From NCBI RefSeq assembly GCF_037042905.1, contig NC_087246.1:9178001-9242000 (forward strand): a stretch of 64,000 bases of DNA. The letters run 5' to 3'. A program made the translations under genes and the position numbers. Positions 1 through 14,351 of this stretch are shown piece by piece. The DNA comes from Lytechinus pictus (lineage: Eukaryota). The notes under the pieces were generated by a model that saw nothing but the letters and a program-made list of their open reading frames with translations, had not been told where the DNA came from and did not search any database. The number at the start of each line of letters is the position of its first letter. Positions within the stretch are counted from its first letter, which is position 1.

Positions 1-39
1 GCTTCCTTCACTTGACTGAATCCCTTGATGGCTCTGCTC

Positions 40-1513
40 CAGTGGCGTAACAGGCGGGGGGGCAGGGGGGGCAAGTTGCCCCCCCTGGCGGATTTCACCG
101 GGAAAATAAAAGAAAAACGGGAAAAAGAAAAAAAAAGAGGGAGAAAGAAAGGGAAAGGGGAAGGAAAGGGGAAAAGGAAAGGAGGAAAAGGAAAGGGAAA
201 AGTGAAAAGAAAACGAAGAAAAACACTTTTTTTAAATGGAAAAGGAAGGAAAGCGGAAAAATGTACGAAAGAAAAACATATGAGAAAGAGCAAATCATTC
301 CGAAATAGGCCTATGTAATGCAATAGCAGAGTGGGAAACAAATTAAAAGATGACAAAATGGCAAACAATTGCGGGAAACGAAGGTAGAATGTAATTAGTC
401 AAAAGCTAATGGACTGCATACAACATTGTGCTTTAAGCTTGCTAAATGTTATGCAAATAAGCTACCGGGGCTTTGCCCCAGACCCCACGCAGTAGGGGCT
501 CTTCATTTATAACATTCATCTATAACGCCCCCCGTTCAATCACTGGCAGACAGGCGGGGGGGGGGGGGGGTCTTGGATCCACACCCAAAAGGAAATAAAA
601 TAAATTATAGGAGACAACGTATAATGAAATGAATGGAAACAATAAAAGGTGTTATTTGCTGAATATAATGGAAAAATCTATCACATAATTAGAATTTAAT
701 TACAATGGGCATTTTTTTTCCAGCTCGCTTTGCACGCTGGCGACTTTTTACAAATTTTTCCCACATTGCAATGTTTTGCTCCCTCAAAATATTTGGTTCA
801 TTACGCAACTGGGTTGAATAAATGTGTTGTGTAAAATAAAGCTACATTCTGTATATGCCCGCGATTTGATTAAAATAGCGGCAATCTGCGAGCTTTAAAT
901 GGCTTTGATATCAAGAAGTTCCGGGGGCTCCGCCCCGGACCCCAACCGCACAGCACAGCGTATGGAAGGGTTGGGCCATGGCTTCAAAAAGTTCTACAAA
1001 CAAGAACAACAAAAAAAGGAGGAAAGAAAAGCAAAGGAAAAGTGTAGGATATGATTTTATTAACTGAATAAAAAATAACTCAAAGTTAGATTCTCAGGAA
1101 AAGGTGATTTTTTCTCGCTCGCTTCGCTCGCTCGGGACTTATATAAAGCAGCTTTTTAGCACATGTGCTATACTGCGCCCTTCGTTTTTTTTTTTTTTAC
1201 TCTTCACGCTACTGCCGCAAAGAATCCTGTTCACAGTGGCGTACAGACCACAAAAAAGGAATCTAAAGAGAGAAGAGTGAAATATATTATTCTCTGGATA
1301 GCATGTCAAAATCTATCACAAAATTGGATTTTTGTATTAAAAAGGTCAAAATTTTTGCTCGCTCGCAATTTTTTTTAAAAGATAAATTCTGCCTGATACG
1401 CAATATCTGGCCTTCTCGAAATAGTCGCCTCACTACACCTGTTCATACCATGATATGACCGGGAAATTTTTGGCTCTTGCCCCCCCTGGCCACCGACCCC
1501 TGTTACGCCGCTG
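40..1513. mobile_element. Non-autonomous hAT-like DNA transposon with 8-bp TSD
   Basis: Termini CAGTGGCGTAACAGG (40) and CCTGTTACGCCGCTG (ends 1513) are inverted repeats with 1 mismatch. CTCTGCTC is duplicated at 32-39 and 1514-1521. Interior has G/C runs and purine tracts and no transposase ORF. Confidence 0.85.
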
Positions 1514-3059
1514 CTCTGCTCACAATCAAAGGGTCACCCAATGGTCCAACCATCTACAGTCTGTGACGCACAAGCTCTCCTATGGACCTAGCGAATCACT
1601 TCCTAGGTTCAAGTGAGGAATGTGGAGTGTAAAGATCTTTTTTTGACCATTTGTGCTCTAATAAATAAAATAAAAATAGCCAGTATGCCAATATTTCTAA
1701 GGGTTTGTGAAATTAGGGAGAATTCAGCTAGAGACCATTTTGAGAATATTTTGGGCCATTTGGCCTAGTAATCTGACATAAATATTGATTTAGGGGTGAA
1801 GTTTTCAAGAGATTGATATGTGACATCTATTTGCTGAATTGAATTACCCCAACTTCAAACTCCAAGGTGGCTGCCAATTTAAGGGTCACAAATGTCTAAA
1901 TTTTAAAGCTAAACGTTAATGGAATAAAATAAATTTGCCAATCACATTCATGTATAATGTGTTTCTGGACAATTAATTGTATGAAGAAAAAATGACCATG
2001 AAATTCGAATAAAAGCTTTGAAATGGCTGCCGGAAACCATTTTAAAAAGAAATTTTGGGTGGATTTTGCTATAAAGCTGATAAAAATATTATAAAGAATG
2101 AGTTTTATAGGGAAAAGGAAATCAAAATCTTAAGTCTATTTGATGAGTTGAAGTGATCTTGACCTCCTGAACAGAGATTGACTATGATATAATTAAAATA
2201 TCCAGAGTGAGTGCTGGTGGCCAGTTTGAAAAAAAAAAGGAATTTGGGTTGATTTATGCTATAAGTGAGCTTTTTAAAATAGCAACATGGAGATTTTTGA
2301 GGTTAAATAAAATATTAAGTCCACACAGTTAACTGACCTAAACTTGACCGCCTAATCAGAGATTACCGCCATGAAAAAAATCAAACTGACAGCTGCCTGT
2401 CATTTTGAAAAATGACAACTTTACGGGGTGATTCCATTTTGATAGAGAGTTGTTCAAAATATTTATTTGGGGGTTTTAGAGTCAAGAAATCAAAATCTGA
2501 ACTACCTTTGACATACTGACCTTGCCTTTAAAACGAATCGCGGTCGGTAGCCATTAAGAAAAAAAGGGTCAAGGGTTGCAACATGGCGTTCCTCAGGGTT
2601 TTGTACTGGGACCTTTAATTTTTACTTCGTATTTATAACCACTTGGGGACACTTTGAACTGGTGTTCAGCCGCCTAGATAATAGTCCCTACAGCACATTC
2701 AGAATCGAGCAGTCGGTACCATTTCAACGGCCAGAAAGTATGATCATGTGTTTCCTTTGTTCAAAGAGATTCACTTGCTACTGGTCAAAAACAGAATTAT
2801 AGAAAAAATTGCTTTGTTTACTTGTCCATTGATAACCTGACACCACAATACATTTCATGCTGGGTTTTTGTTTACAGACCCTTTTCTATCCCCCAACTTA
2901 GGTCAACAGTGCATAAGTTTCACTGGTCCCAATATTCAAAATCCGTTCATGTCCTTCTGTACAATTGTTTTTTTAAAGCTTACAAACCTATGAATTTTAT
3001 TTGTAACACCCACTTTATGTATTGAAAGCACTTGAAAAGTAGAATTATTCATTTTTATA

Positions 3060-3305
3060 ATAATAAATAAAATAATATAGGATTTTTATAGAGCTCCTAT
3101 ATTACCCTGGCTAAGCTGGACTACCGCATCCGGTGCTCACAGCTTTTTAAGGACTTACATCCTGCAGGTACCCATTTACCTCCCCTGGCTTGAGTGCAGC
3201 ACAGTATGGATAAATTTCTTAATGAAGGAAAACACACCCTGGCTGGGAATCGAACCCATATCCCTCAGATTGAAAAAGTCTTAACCACTAGACAACGACG
3301 TCCCC
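3060..3305 (-). mobile_element. tRNA-derived SINE
   Basis: The minus strand reads an A-box-like TGTCTAGTGG and a B-box GGTTCGATTCC, followed by a SINE-core-like AAATGGGTACC segment and a TTTA-type tail. The cloverleaf is degenerate. Ends are approximate. Confidence 0.65.
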
Positions 3306-4979
3306 CCAAAAAAAATTATACTGGAAAGTGCTTTGAGCATGTTTACATGAAGAAGTGCTATAAATGTTAAAATGTATGTATTTATTTTAATAGAAAGCTG
3401 TTCAAGATAATTTAACTCCAAAGTTTATTTGGCAAATTGACATAATCATGGCCACCTATTAGATATAACTGACCTTTTGAGGAAACAAAGGTAAAATTCT
3501 TCCATTTTTAATGTAGACTCAATGTGGGACTTTCATGAAAACCCCATTCATTTAATAATAGAATCCTAAGGGTTTTTTAACCTCAAAAGACCCTTGACCT
3601 TCACCTAGTGACATGATATCTAATTATCTTGAAAATTAATAAACCTAAGTAAAGTTTTTGATGTTGATTCCACAGTACAGTCAAAGTTCATTGACCATAA
3701 CTTTAACCTGAAACTCATGCACAATGATGTGATAGTTGAATACCTTTATGTCCAACTTTCTTGAAATAGATTTATATACGCACTCTCAAAGGTTTGTTTT
3801 TTCAGAAACTTTATGAGATTCAATGATAATAATACAACATGGTCAAATTTTGGTGATCGTAAAATACCTCTGACCTTGATCATATGACATGAAACTTGTG
3901 CAATATGATTAATTATATTTAATGATTACCCAATGTTTTGTTGAAATATCATAATATAGATCCATATATTTCCAAAATTATGAAAATATTTCTAAGTTTA
4001 CTTTTTCAAAATGGACACCACCTGCCAATTTGGTTATGGCAATAATCTCAGATTAGGAGGTCAAGACCACTTTGCCTCCTGACAGATTTAAAATTTTCAT
4101 TCATCAAATGTATGCCCCCCCCCCTTATTATTATATTTAACACTTTTAAGCACAAATCACCCAAAATCACTATACTCAAAATGACTATCTGCGGTCATTT
4201 TGGAGTTACAATACTGGATTTCATGCAGAATAAGTACCATTTTTCTTCAAAAATTGTCCAGCATTAAAATGAGTGTAATTGGATAATTCATTTGAGTACA
4301 TGTTATGTGGATTGGATTTAATTCTAAATTGAAAATGGCCCGAGAGAGTATTTTTACATTAACAAGCATATGTACAGTTGAGGACAGAAGTTTACATACA
4401 CCCAGGAATTTTTTTTTTAAGTTGACAATTGCCAAACATCATTAAACTTACTGTATCTTATAAAATATTTTTTGCTATCATGACAAATTTGATATCAAAC
4501 AAATGAGTATGTCTTGCCCCTTCATCAAATTGCTTTGTCATCTGGAGCTGAAATATTTAGGTGTAATTTTTCCAAAAAAAATCTTCATATCTTAGACGAT
4601 TTAAAAATAAAAACTTGACAAAAACATTTCATATTTGTGCTAGTTACTTGTCAACACAAACATTTCAGATCACACTTTTTGTTCAGTGGTGACATATCAT
4701 GATAGAAAAAGTAATATAAATCATAGATTTGACATTTATATATTTCTATGAAACGACGTTTGAAAATATAATAACAATCGAATAAATTTTATACGGATAT
4801 TACTATTTTTCTTGAAACAAAATTTCACCTGATATTTACTTTAATCCCTTCGGCATCCTTATCATGTGAAAGAGCTTAATATGCTCTTTCATTTGACACC
4901 AAATTCGTCATGGTAATATTTATATTTCTGAAGATATAGTAAATTTTAGGATGTTTGGCAAACGAACAAATTTCACTGA

Positions 4980-6170
4980 ATTCCATGGGTGTATGTAAAC
5001 TTTCGGCCTCAACTGTATGTTGAGCGCCCTAAAATTAGGGGAAATGAAAGGAAAATTTGAAGTTTTTTTCAATTTTGTAATTTTCTGAGAAAAATAAGAT
5101 GTTACCATGGCAATGAGAGGTTTGCAACATTCATATTTATATTAAATGCAAGTGTTACCAAGGCAACAGCAATTCTTTTCTCTCTAATGAACTCATGCAG
5201 ACTACTTTCTGTATTTTTTGTTCAATATTTAATGGTTCAAACCTTACGCATGTAGATTGTGATTTTCATGGTATTTTCCACCATTATCTCCCCCATGTTA
5301 TTTGGTTGCCATGGCAATGACCTAAGATTGTATTTATACATTTAGCAACAAGCACATATAGATCTAGCATCATATAATTAGGGGAAATGAAAGAAAATTC
5401 AGATTCTACAATATATTTTATCAAATGTATACTTTTCTGAGAAAAAAATAAGCTGTTACCATGGCAACGGCCAATTTGCAATATTGATATTTATCTTTAA
5501 ATTCAAGCATTGTCAAGGCAACATCAATTCCTATCATTCCAATAAACTCATGCATAACATTTACTGTAGTTTTTTAGTAAATGATTGGGAAAAACCCAAT
5601 GCATGTAGATTACATGTACATGTAGGTCGCTTTTATTGTATTTCTCGCCATTGTCTTTTTTTACCATGTTATTTCTATTTTTACCAAATTAGGTATTATC
5701 TGGTTGCCATGGCAATGGAATGAGAGTGTATTTATACATTTAGCAAAAACCACTCCTATGTTTAACACCCTAAACGCAGGGAAAATGAAATAAAAAACAG
5801 ATTCTACAACTTTAAATCTAAATTTTTACTTTTCTGGAGGAAAAATGAGCCGTTACCATGGCAACGGGCCAATTGGAACCATTTTGATGATCTTAAATAT
5901 TTTGAATTTCATTTGTATTTAATTGGAACATTGAATTCAATCTATTGGCTAATTTATATCATGTTTATCTACCATTTACAGGGAAATACAAGCATTTTTT
6001 GATAAATTAATCCGTTGCCATGGCAACGGTCGAAGACGGCATTTATAAATTTGGCAACAAGCAGATTCATGTTCAGCACCCTCAAAATAGGGGAAATAGC
6101 ACAAAAAATCAGATTCTACAGAAAATTTTTGGTAACCTTAAATATTATGACGAGGAGCTGTGTACTAGTT
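4980..6170. repeat. Degenerate ~350-400 bp repeats carrying GTTRCCATGGCAAY palindromes (probable interspersed element)
   Basis: Blocks of GGGGAAATGAAA...GATTCTACA recur near 5038, 5381, 5779 and 6090. Palindromes occur near 5101, 5305, 5455, 5703, 5852 and 6014. The region ends near ACTAGT at ~6165. Confidence 0.55.
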
Positions 6171-6693
6171 AGTCTTATAAATTAACTGTTAAATCTGTCT
6201 TTAGTTAGTCTAGACCCCGTCTAGACCCTACTTTCAATTTTAAACCAACTTGATCTAGGCCAGGCAGGAGAGTCTAACTCAGGTTAGTCCGGTCCATGGT
6301 CGGGTCTAACGACAGTAACGTTTGTCGTTAGCTTAGGCTTAGCCTTAGAGAGTGATTTACGTACGTTAGTTTCTAGAATTAAGCTAGTAAGAGTAAGACA
6401 TCAACCATTACATGACTTAGACTATGTTCTAGTAGTAGGCCTAGTAGTAGTAGTTATACTAGTATTTACTTTTTCTTTAGACTAACTTTGTTAGATCTAG
6501 ATCTAACACTAACAACAGTTAGATCTACATCATGTATGTAGATGATTGATAAATCTTTAAGTTTAATTCTAAACTAAAGTTCGATCTAGAATTAGAAAAG
6601 TGTCTACCGGTACCGCCTTTGTCTACATCCCATCAACAGGATATGAACTTCCCTTTTGACTTGTTTTGAAGAAAAACTGGAAGTAAAACGTAC

Positions 6694-6972
6694 CTTATTC
6701 TGAGCATCATTCCTGTCATATTGCGTCTCATCGCCATCACTTGAATTCGGAGACAAACCCTTGCCAAGGTGCAGCCCGGTTTCAGATTCAGAGTCAGAAC
6801 CGCTGGAACTACTGGAGCTAAGCCGCAAGCAAAGACCCTTTGCCTTAGGTTGAACTTCTTGAACTTGAAGATGTTCGGATTCGACATGATCAGAGTCGAC
6901 CTCACTAAAATAAAGAGCTTGGAAAAGCTGCCTTGCTTCGTCACCATCATATGTTCTCTTCCGTTTCGACAT
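6694..6972 (-). CDS. Probable first coding exon of an unidentified gene or transposase-like relic (93 codons; basic start followed by an acidic/Ser-rich tract)
   Basis: ATG at 6972 begins MSKRKRTYDGDEARQLFQALYFSEVDSD...SSSSSSGSDSESE. A donor AAG|GTACGT follows 6694 (phase 0). A CpG-rich promoter-like stretch lies at ~7070-7230. Downstream exons could not be confidently identified. Confidence 0.45.
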
Positions 6973-9087
6973 TACTAAAAGAGTAAGGTCTATAAATATA
7001 CCATTCGCATGAGAATTTGAAATCAAAGTACAAATAATAAACCGTAGAAAAGATCCAGGCCTAATTAAGTTTCGATATCGCTCTCTGGCACTAAAAAAGT
7101 TTGTTGTTGATCGATCGACCCGACGTCAAGTGCGTACGCGTGTGTGCATGTAAACAAACGACAACAATCAATTACCCACGTGTGTAGCCTGCATTCTTTT
7201 CATGCGCACGCGTCGCGAGCGAGGATCAGAGGATTAACAAGTTTAGAGCACTGCTAGGCCCCCCTACTAGTAATTTAGAACAATTGCTGAATGCGATCGC
7301 CAGTGAGTTAGTCTGCGGACACAGACACATGGTTTTGTGCATAGTAGAACACGCAGAGTAGTAGTATAGGAGAGGCTAGCTGTGACTATTTTTTTTTCTT
7401 GAAGAGGAAATAAATTAAAATAAATGAACATTTACTGTATAGGGGTAGATGTTTCTATACTCCTCAAGACTCTAAATCTAGACCTAGATGTTTTCTTTTT
7501 TTTCATACAAATAAGATATAAAATTAGGGGTGGGGTGGGTCATTCACATGCACGTACTATTTTCAATAGGTCATCATGCCAACAGGGGCAGCGGAAAGGT
7601 TTTCAATGAGGGGGGGGGGGCTGAGCCAAAAGTGGAGGGGGTGGGGGCTGGTCGAACATGCAAAAATTGTATTTTTTACGTTTTTGTACACGGTTTTGGA
7701 AAAAAGGAGGGCTGATCCCCCCCCCCCCCGCTTCCGCGGCCCCTGGCCAATTCGTCCAGTTACCAACTCGTCAACTATCATTTTGGTCTACCGTAGCCTG
7801 CTATATATCATTCTATTCGCCATTTATTCGTCTAATTACTATAGTCAGTGGTCCCATCCATTTGGTCTAATTGGGCTTGTGTTAATTGAATTGGGGAAAT
7901 GAATGAAAATGAAATGGATATATATCAATTAGACCAACTGGTTGTATAGACGCTATACGAACTGGCGATTATAGACGTGATGATTTGACCAAATGGCTAG
8001 TAGTCCTATACCAATAGTTGTTAGTCGAAATGTTGATGGACGGAATGGCATTAGACTAAAATTGAAGATATGAGGTTTGGAGGAGTTGACATGATGAATG
8101 GGCAATAACCGATATATAGGCCAATCAGTCCTTGTTTTAAAAACACCCTTAAAACGGGGTATGGTTTTGAGCTGGAAAATTCTTAAACATGTACCCTTTT
8201 TATATATACATCGATATTCGTTTTTATTTAATATTATTTCATAATCAAATAGAGAAGGTACAATTTACCCCCCCCCCGGGTTTATACCAGTGATAATAGG
8301 ACAAATTCCCCTTCACTTACAATAGGCAGTGTTATAATACATGCAAATATAATTCTGAAGATATTCGTCATCATCGGTGAATTCAACCAGACAACGATTA
8401 ATCAACTCTTGCATAATATTATAAGTTACAAGTTACAATACATAAGACATAGTTTACACTACATAAACACATACGTGACTAAATGGAATGAAGTATGCGA
8501 AAAGAGACAAGACAGTGAAAGATAAAGGTGATATAAATGAAAGAAAGATATAGAGAGGGGTCAGATGGAAGGCGATGGAACGAAATTGCAAAAGCAATAC
8601 CATCACTTGGTGGTAAAGTAATACGTCCACAAATACATGTACGCATCCCCACGACAAAATGCATTCATGTATAGCAATAAAGTGAGTTCGAACTGATATT
8701 TTTAATTAACCTTTCTGAAAAAGGACATATTTTGTTCACAGTGACTCATGAATCTAATAAATTTCTCACTAATCAAAATAGATTGAGCGCAAAGCGCGAG
8801 CTATTTTTTTTTTTAATATTGGACCTGAAAACTGCATGGACTGGTTAAACATATTTTTCATAAGAACAACCGCGTATGCGTAGCCAGGATTTCATTTTGG
8901 AGGGGGCGGTATATGCACGCGAAGCGTGCCAATACCATGGCCATTACTTACAGAGCGCGCGAAGCGCGCTCCCCGTAGCTAGGGGGTGGGCGCAGGGAGG
9001 GGGATCCCTCCCGCGCGAAGCTTTTGATGTTTCATAAATTAAAATGAAAAGGAGCCGTCTCTCTTGTCTCTATACCTACATCAGCTC

Positions 9088-9256
9088 CACTAGCGTACCT
9101 ACGGGGGGGGGGGGGCAGAGGGGCAGTCTGCCCCCCTGACGAGCCACCACCCATGCAAAGCCACCACCCATGCATGTATCCCTGCCCCCCTGACGAGCTT
9201 GAAAGACCTTTTTGCCCCCCTGACGAAAATTCTGGAAAATCCTAGGTACGCCAGTG
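9088..9256. mobile_element. Small hAT-like MITE, 8-bp TSD
   Basis: TIRs CACTAGCGTACCTA / TAGGTACGCCAGTG. ATCAGCTC is duplicated at 9080-9087 and 9257-9264. Confidence 0.85.
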
Positions 9257-12200
9257 ATCAGCTCCAATTCAGTTGACTTTGTTGTAATTTTGAACCTTGT
9301 TTTCAAAAGTGATTGTGAACGCACAAAAAAGGAATACAATGGAGGGAATTAAAATAATAACCCCGCGCGAAGCGCGGAAGCTAAAGCGTTTTATCAATTT
9401 TCTTCGCCATGAAAAGGGTTCCGAGAAAAGGGTTTACTCAAAGATATATTGAATACTTCCCTTGGAAAGATCAGATTTGATTACAAACAATTTAGCGACA
9501 GTGCATATCTTTAACTCGCAAAACAGAGGAGAAGAAGTGTATATGCCGGAAGGAAGATATTCCTCCCCGCGCAGAGCAATGGCCCTGAAAATTCAAAGGG
9601 CTGACGTTTCATCAAATGCAGATATCTCTAATACTCCATCGGCTCTAATTCAATTGATTTTCTAAGATTTCTGAACTTCATTACAAAGAAAATAGTGCGC
9701 GAAAAGTTGAAACTTCTGTGATTTATTGAAATTGTATTAAAAAAAAGATGCCTAATTTCTTTTGCTTATCCTGAAGCGCTTCATTTTGAATTATAAAGAA
9801 ACTTAAGTGTCATTCAAAATTTCAAACCGAGGGCGCAAAACGTGACAGGAGATGAATTCAGAATGTGTGGGGAAATGACATGAAGTTTAATAGAATTTGA
9901 TTTTTAAAAAATATTGTACTTTTTATTTAATAGGACACGAATTTTATACCTTCCTCCTTTTGAATTAGGAACCTGTTTACCCCAAAATTATGGTTGTTTA
10001 GTAATGAGCCGAAAAGCGGGAGAAGTTGACTTTATGGAGGTGACGGCAGAAATTGATATAAAGATTTTACCCGCCCGGAGCCGACCCGACCAGAAGTTGC
10101 GCGATCGATAAAAAAAAAGAAAACTTCATATATTTCGGCCTTACCTTACTCTAATTCCATGCCCTAATGTATACATTTTAACTTTAACTGGCAAGAAACA
10201 CATATAGCTGAGGTGGAAAAACAGGGTTAGAGAAAAAAAGGGTGGGGGGAAAACAATGGAGAACTTTAAAATTATATATAAATTTTGAGCAAGAGTGACA
10301 TTTCGTAATCATGAATCGTAATCATGAACATGATGGTTATCTAATCAAATTTAGATATGTTTCTACATAAAACCAAACTCGATTTCTGCATATAGATATT
10401 GAACAAGCTGTATCTCAATCAATTAGCGCGAAGTATACAAGTTTGAAATTTGGGGATATTTTAACTTGAAATCTAGACATTTTACATGTTTTTACGTTAA
10501 ACCAACCTCAGTTTCTGTATCTGTAATGAATTACAAGCTGTGTATCTCAATAAACATAATGCGAGCGCGAAGGGCGAGCTGAAATTGATTTACCAGCATG
10601 AAGGAAAACGGTTCACTGTCGGTACAGGAGTACGAGCTGTCTTGAAAACTTAACATTTTCACACGTTTTTGTATAAAGAACACAATTAGATTCCGCATAT
10701 GTAATATTGAACAAGCTGTGTATGTCAATAAACATAATGCGAGTGCAAAGCGAGAGCTAAAAGTTTTGGTATGAAGTACTGACCCGAAAGGGAAATGTCT
10801 CCCTTCTTTTTTTCCTACTCGCTCCCCCCCCCCCCATTTTTTTCCCGACGGCAGCGCTGATTTACCGACGATATCCAAATTAGTGGGGGGGGGGGGGTCG
10901 CATCCCCCTTAGCGACGGCCCTGGGGGCGTAATAGGGATCGGTGGCCATGCAGGGTAGTGGGGTTGGAGGCAAAACAAATCCCAGTCATATCGCAGTGTA
11001 CATAATTATCGAGCGTATTACCGCTCATTATGGGTCATTATGCTCTAGAATACGGGAGAAATTGAGGTGCAGCATTGATTAAATTCCAGAGCGAGCGAAG
11101 CGAGCGAGTAAAATTGTTTACCTTTTCATGAGAATCTTGGAAGTGACTTGGTGAGGGGACACAGAATGGAGCGTGCGGCAAAAGTTTGTTAATAAAATTC
11201 CCGAGCGAGCAATCATTTCTACCTTTTTATTAAGATCATAAAGAGGCGGGAGCCTGGGGCCATGCCCCCCAAAAAAAAATTGATGGGGGCGAAAAAAGAA
11301 AAGGAAAGGAAAATGAGTGAATTGTCTCAATCTATTACAGAATTTAAATCGGGCCAATTGTTTTGTTGGATCTCTTCACTCCACGACCATTATTTCTTTT
11401 AGAAATCAATGCACAGTTTTTGGCCCCCACAAAGTTTTGGGTTCGTCATGCCATTGACACAACAAATTATAGGCTTTTGAATTTGAAAAAAAAGTTAGCG
11501 AAATTGTCATCAGGTTTTACCATTTTCTTCAGAATATCATTCAGACTTAAATGAAAGAAAAATCGTGAAGCTAAAACATTTCTTTTTACTGTATTATCCT
11601 TATGGTAAAAAATAATTGAATTATATTGGATGGCTCAGACCCGGGGGCTCAGAATGGAATATCAGATTCTTATTGCTATTTTTGTTCTTCTTATTACTTA
11701 TTCATTATTATCATTGAGTGTGATCTTGACCTTTCATTATCATCATATAATTATCAATTGTAATGGTGAGAATTAGATGATAATATAATAATAAAAAATA
11801 GGGGAACTATATACTGGTAGGCCTATACTCCCCTATACTACTACTAGTATTATGGTAATATTGGCAAATCATTGACATTTTACATACAAAACAATTAAAT
11901 TATTGAAGTTTATTATTTCAAGGCTCAAAATCCCAGCCTCTTCAAGGCATGAAAGTCCAAGGCCGAGACTTTGAAAAAGTAGGCCTTTTCACTCAGGCCA
12001 AGGCAGATCATCAAGGCACTGCTGCAACACTGCTTTAGATTCCAGAACCAATTGATTTTAGGAAGAACAATCTCTTTGTTATTGAACCAATCTCTCAAAT
12101 AAAATTGACATTTGTTTAGTAAAGATTATTGAAAATTTGTCAAAATTTTGTTAATTTTTGACAGAGCTATAGTGGAATTTGTGTAGTGCGCTTATTGTGA

Positions 12201-14351
12201 AGTTTGACAGGTTTGCTTTTCAGTGGAACCCATTATATGGTGATTTTATATCATAGCATGCATTCAAGTTGATGTTTAAAGGTAAATTCAACGTGGGCCT
12301 ATATATTCCCCATGCAATAGGCAGTTTCGGGTACGGGGATAAAATGGCGTATAATCTTCAAAGTAATTTGCATAAGTTGGACAATGAACAGGAAGTAACA
12401 GGCCGGGCGCGAATTACGAAGCTATTGTCCTCTGGGAAAGGGGTCTTTATTCGAACATGGGAAATTTCGCGCCAGTGTAGTCTGCAGGCGCAGACCGGCC
12501 CTTAAGTTTCGCATATGGAGTTCGGCTCATTCCAATGAGTCTATTCTCTATACCAATTCGTCCAATTACCAACTCGTCTCCAATCATTGTAATGGTCCAC
12601 CACCAGTAAGTCTGCTATATATAGGGTCTCATATTACTAATGGGAAAAGACCAATTGGTTATAGAGACGAAAAAGACGAAAATGGCAATAAGATTGAGTG
12701 ATCATTGGACCAATATTATGATGGTTCCAATTTTGATGGATGGAGTTAGACCATATTAATATGATGGACGAGTACAATAGACGAATAGTAATTTACCGAT
12801 TTACACACTGCGGAGCGAAGTTGAAAGGGGAGGATGGGGTAGGGGCACTTTTGTATATATACTCCAAAATAAAATAGCATAATCCCCATTCCTTTCTAAA
12901 TGACAAAACGCACAGATTATTATAAGGGGATCAAACCAAGCCGGGGATCAAGGAAAATCATGACGATGGAGCGTATTTTCAGTTTTATGGGGGAGGGGCC
13001 GGGTAGCAAAAAAAGAACATCTAGATTGGAGAATCTGACGCAAGTTTTTTTTCACAATAATACGCTTTTGCTCGATTTGAGAAATCAGGCCTTTTGATAT
13101 GTGTATTCCTAAAAATTACTTCCAATCGGTGAATGGTCTATTCTGGCGCTAATATTACAAGACTGGATCTATGTTTATAGACAATCATGACATTGCTGAA
13201 GAGATGGTGACCGTAGGGAAATTCCCTCACGAACATTAAAACGAAACTTTTTATCACCTGAAGGGAACATAATAAAAATAGCAAGGGTCGCGGAAAAGGC
13301 GGGGGGGGGGGGGGCTGCGGGGGTAGCCACGTACGGTCCCGCATTTTTCCAGAATTAGGGTATACAAAAGCGTATAATGACGTTCTGATTATGATTTTTT
13401 TTTTGCATTGTCAACCCCATTCCCCAACTTTGGCTCGCCCCCACACCTCCCCCCTCCCACTTTCAAAACTGTTCAGTGGCCCTGATGATAATTATGCTCA
13501 GGTTATAGGCCTATTGCGCCATTTTTTGCTTCCGCAAGGGCACTGATAATAAGACACCAACATCTGGTACATTTTTATGCATAAAAGGGTCATGCCCCCC
13601 ATAAGTTCATCCACAACGTTCAATAACCCACCCCTCCCCCCCCCACAAAAATGATAATAAAAAATAAAACCATAGAAGAAAAACTATAACAAACTTTCAT
13701 CCCCTCCCCCATAGGCGACTTCATGTCCCCCTCCAATTGAAAATTTGTTGGTAGTCTGCATGATATCGACGTTCGTAACGAGAATAATTACCCAATATAG
13801 AACACGATTTTAAAATCTATCTTTCTACATGCATATATCTTTATGAATCATGTAGTATGAGCTACATCCGAAAAGCACGCCCCTTCCTCCGTCGTGAGAA
13901 GGCGTTTTCTTTTCTTATTGCCACACCCCAGCCATGTCGATAATCAAAATTGCTGAGATTATGAGGATAGAAGGTGATGAGTGGCTTAGTTTTGAGTAAA
14001 AAAATCAGGGGCTACTGGCGGATCCAGGGGGGGGGGGGAGGGGGCACAGCCAGTCAGTGCAGATTGAGATTGACATTTCGAGGAAAAAAATCTTTAGTTC
14101 TGAGAGAGCAATATTTCGGACTCCTTTTTTTAGTACAAAAGACCAGTTTTAATAAATTTTGACATTACTATTCACAGGATTTGTGTATTGCTTTTCTTTT
14201 GCCATTTCCTTTTCCTAACTTTTTTTCTTTCCCCCTTTTCTAGTGGTGACAATTTTGGCCCTCATCTAATTTGTGTTGTGTGGTTTTAGAAGCTGTAGAC
14301 ACAGAGACATGAAGGCGATGGAAAAGATAGCTATAACAGGCACGGGAAGAG

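Noticed and set aside
25..318. Lys/Gly/Arg-rich ORF and its antisense Phe-rich ORF
   Set aside because: They come from a purine-rich low-complexity tract inside the hAT-like element.
1514..2836. Possible downstream exons of the 6972 gene (minus strand near 2836-2600 and 1603-1522 joined to 39-1)
   Set aside because: The composition is coding-like, but every frame I read contains stops and no recognisable motif, so it cannot be supported.
3230..3305. tRNA gene
   Set aside because: A/B boxes are present but the cloverleaf is degenerate and continues into a SINE body.
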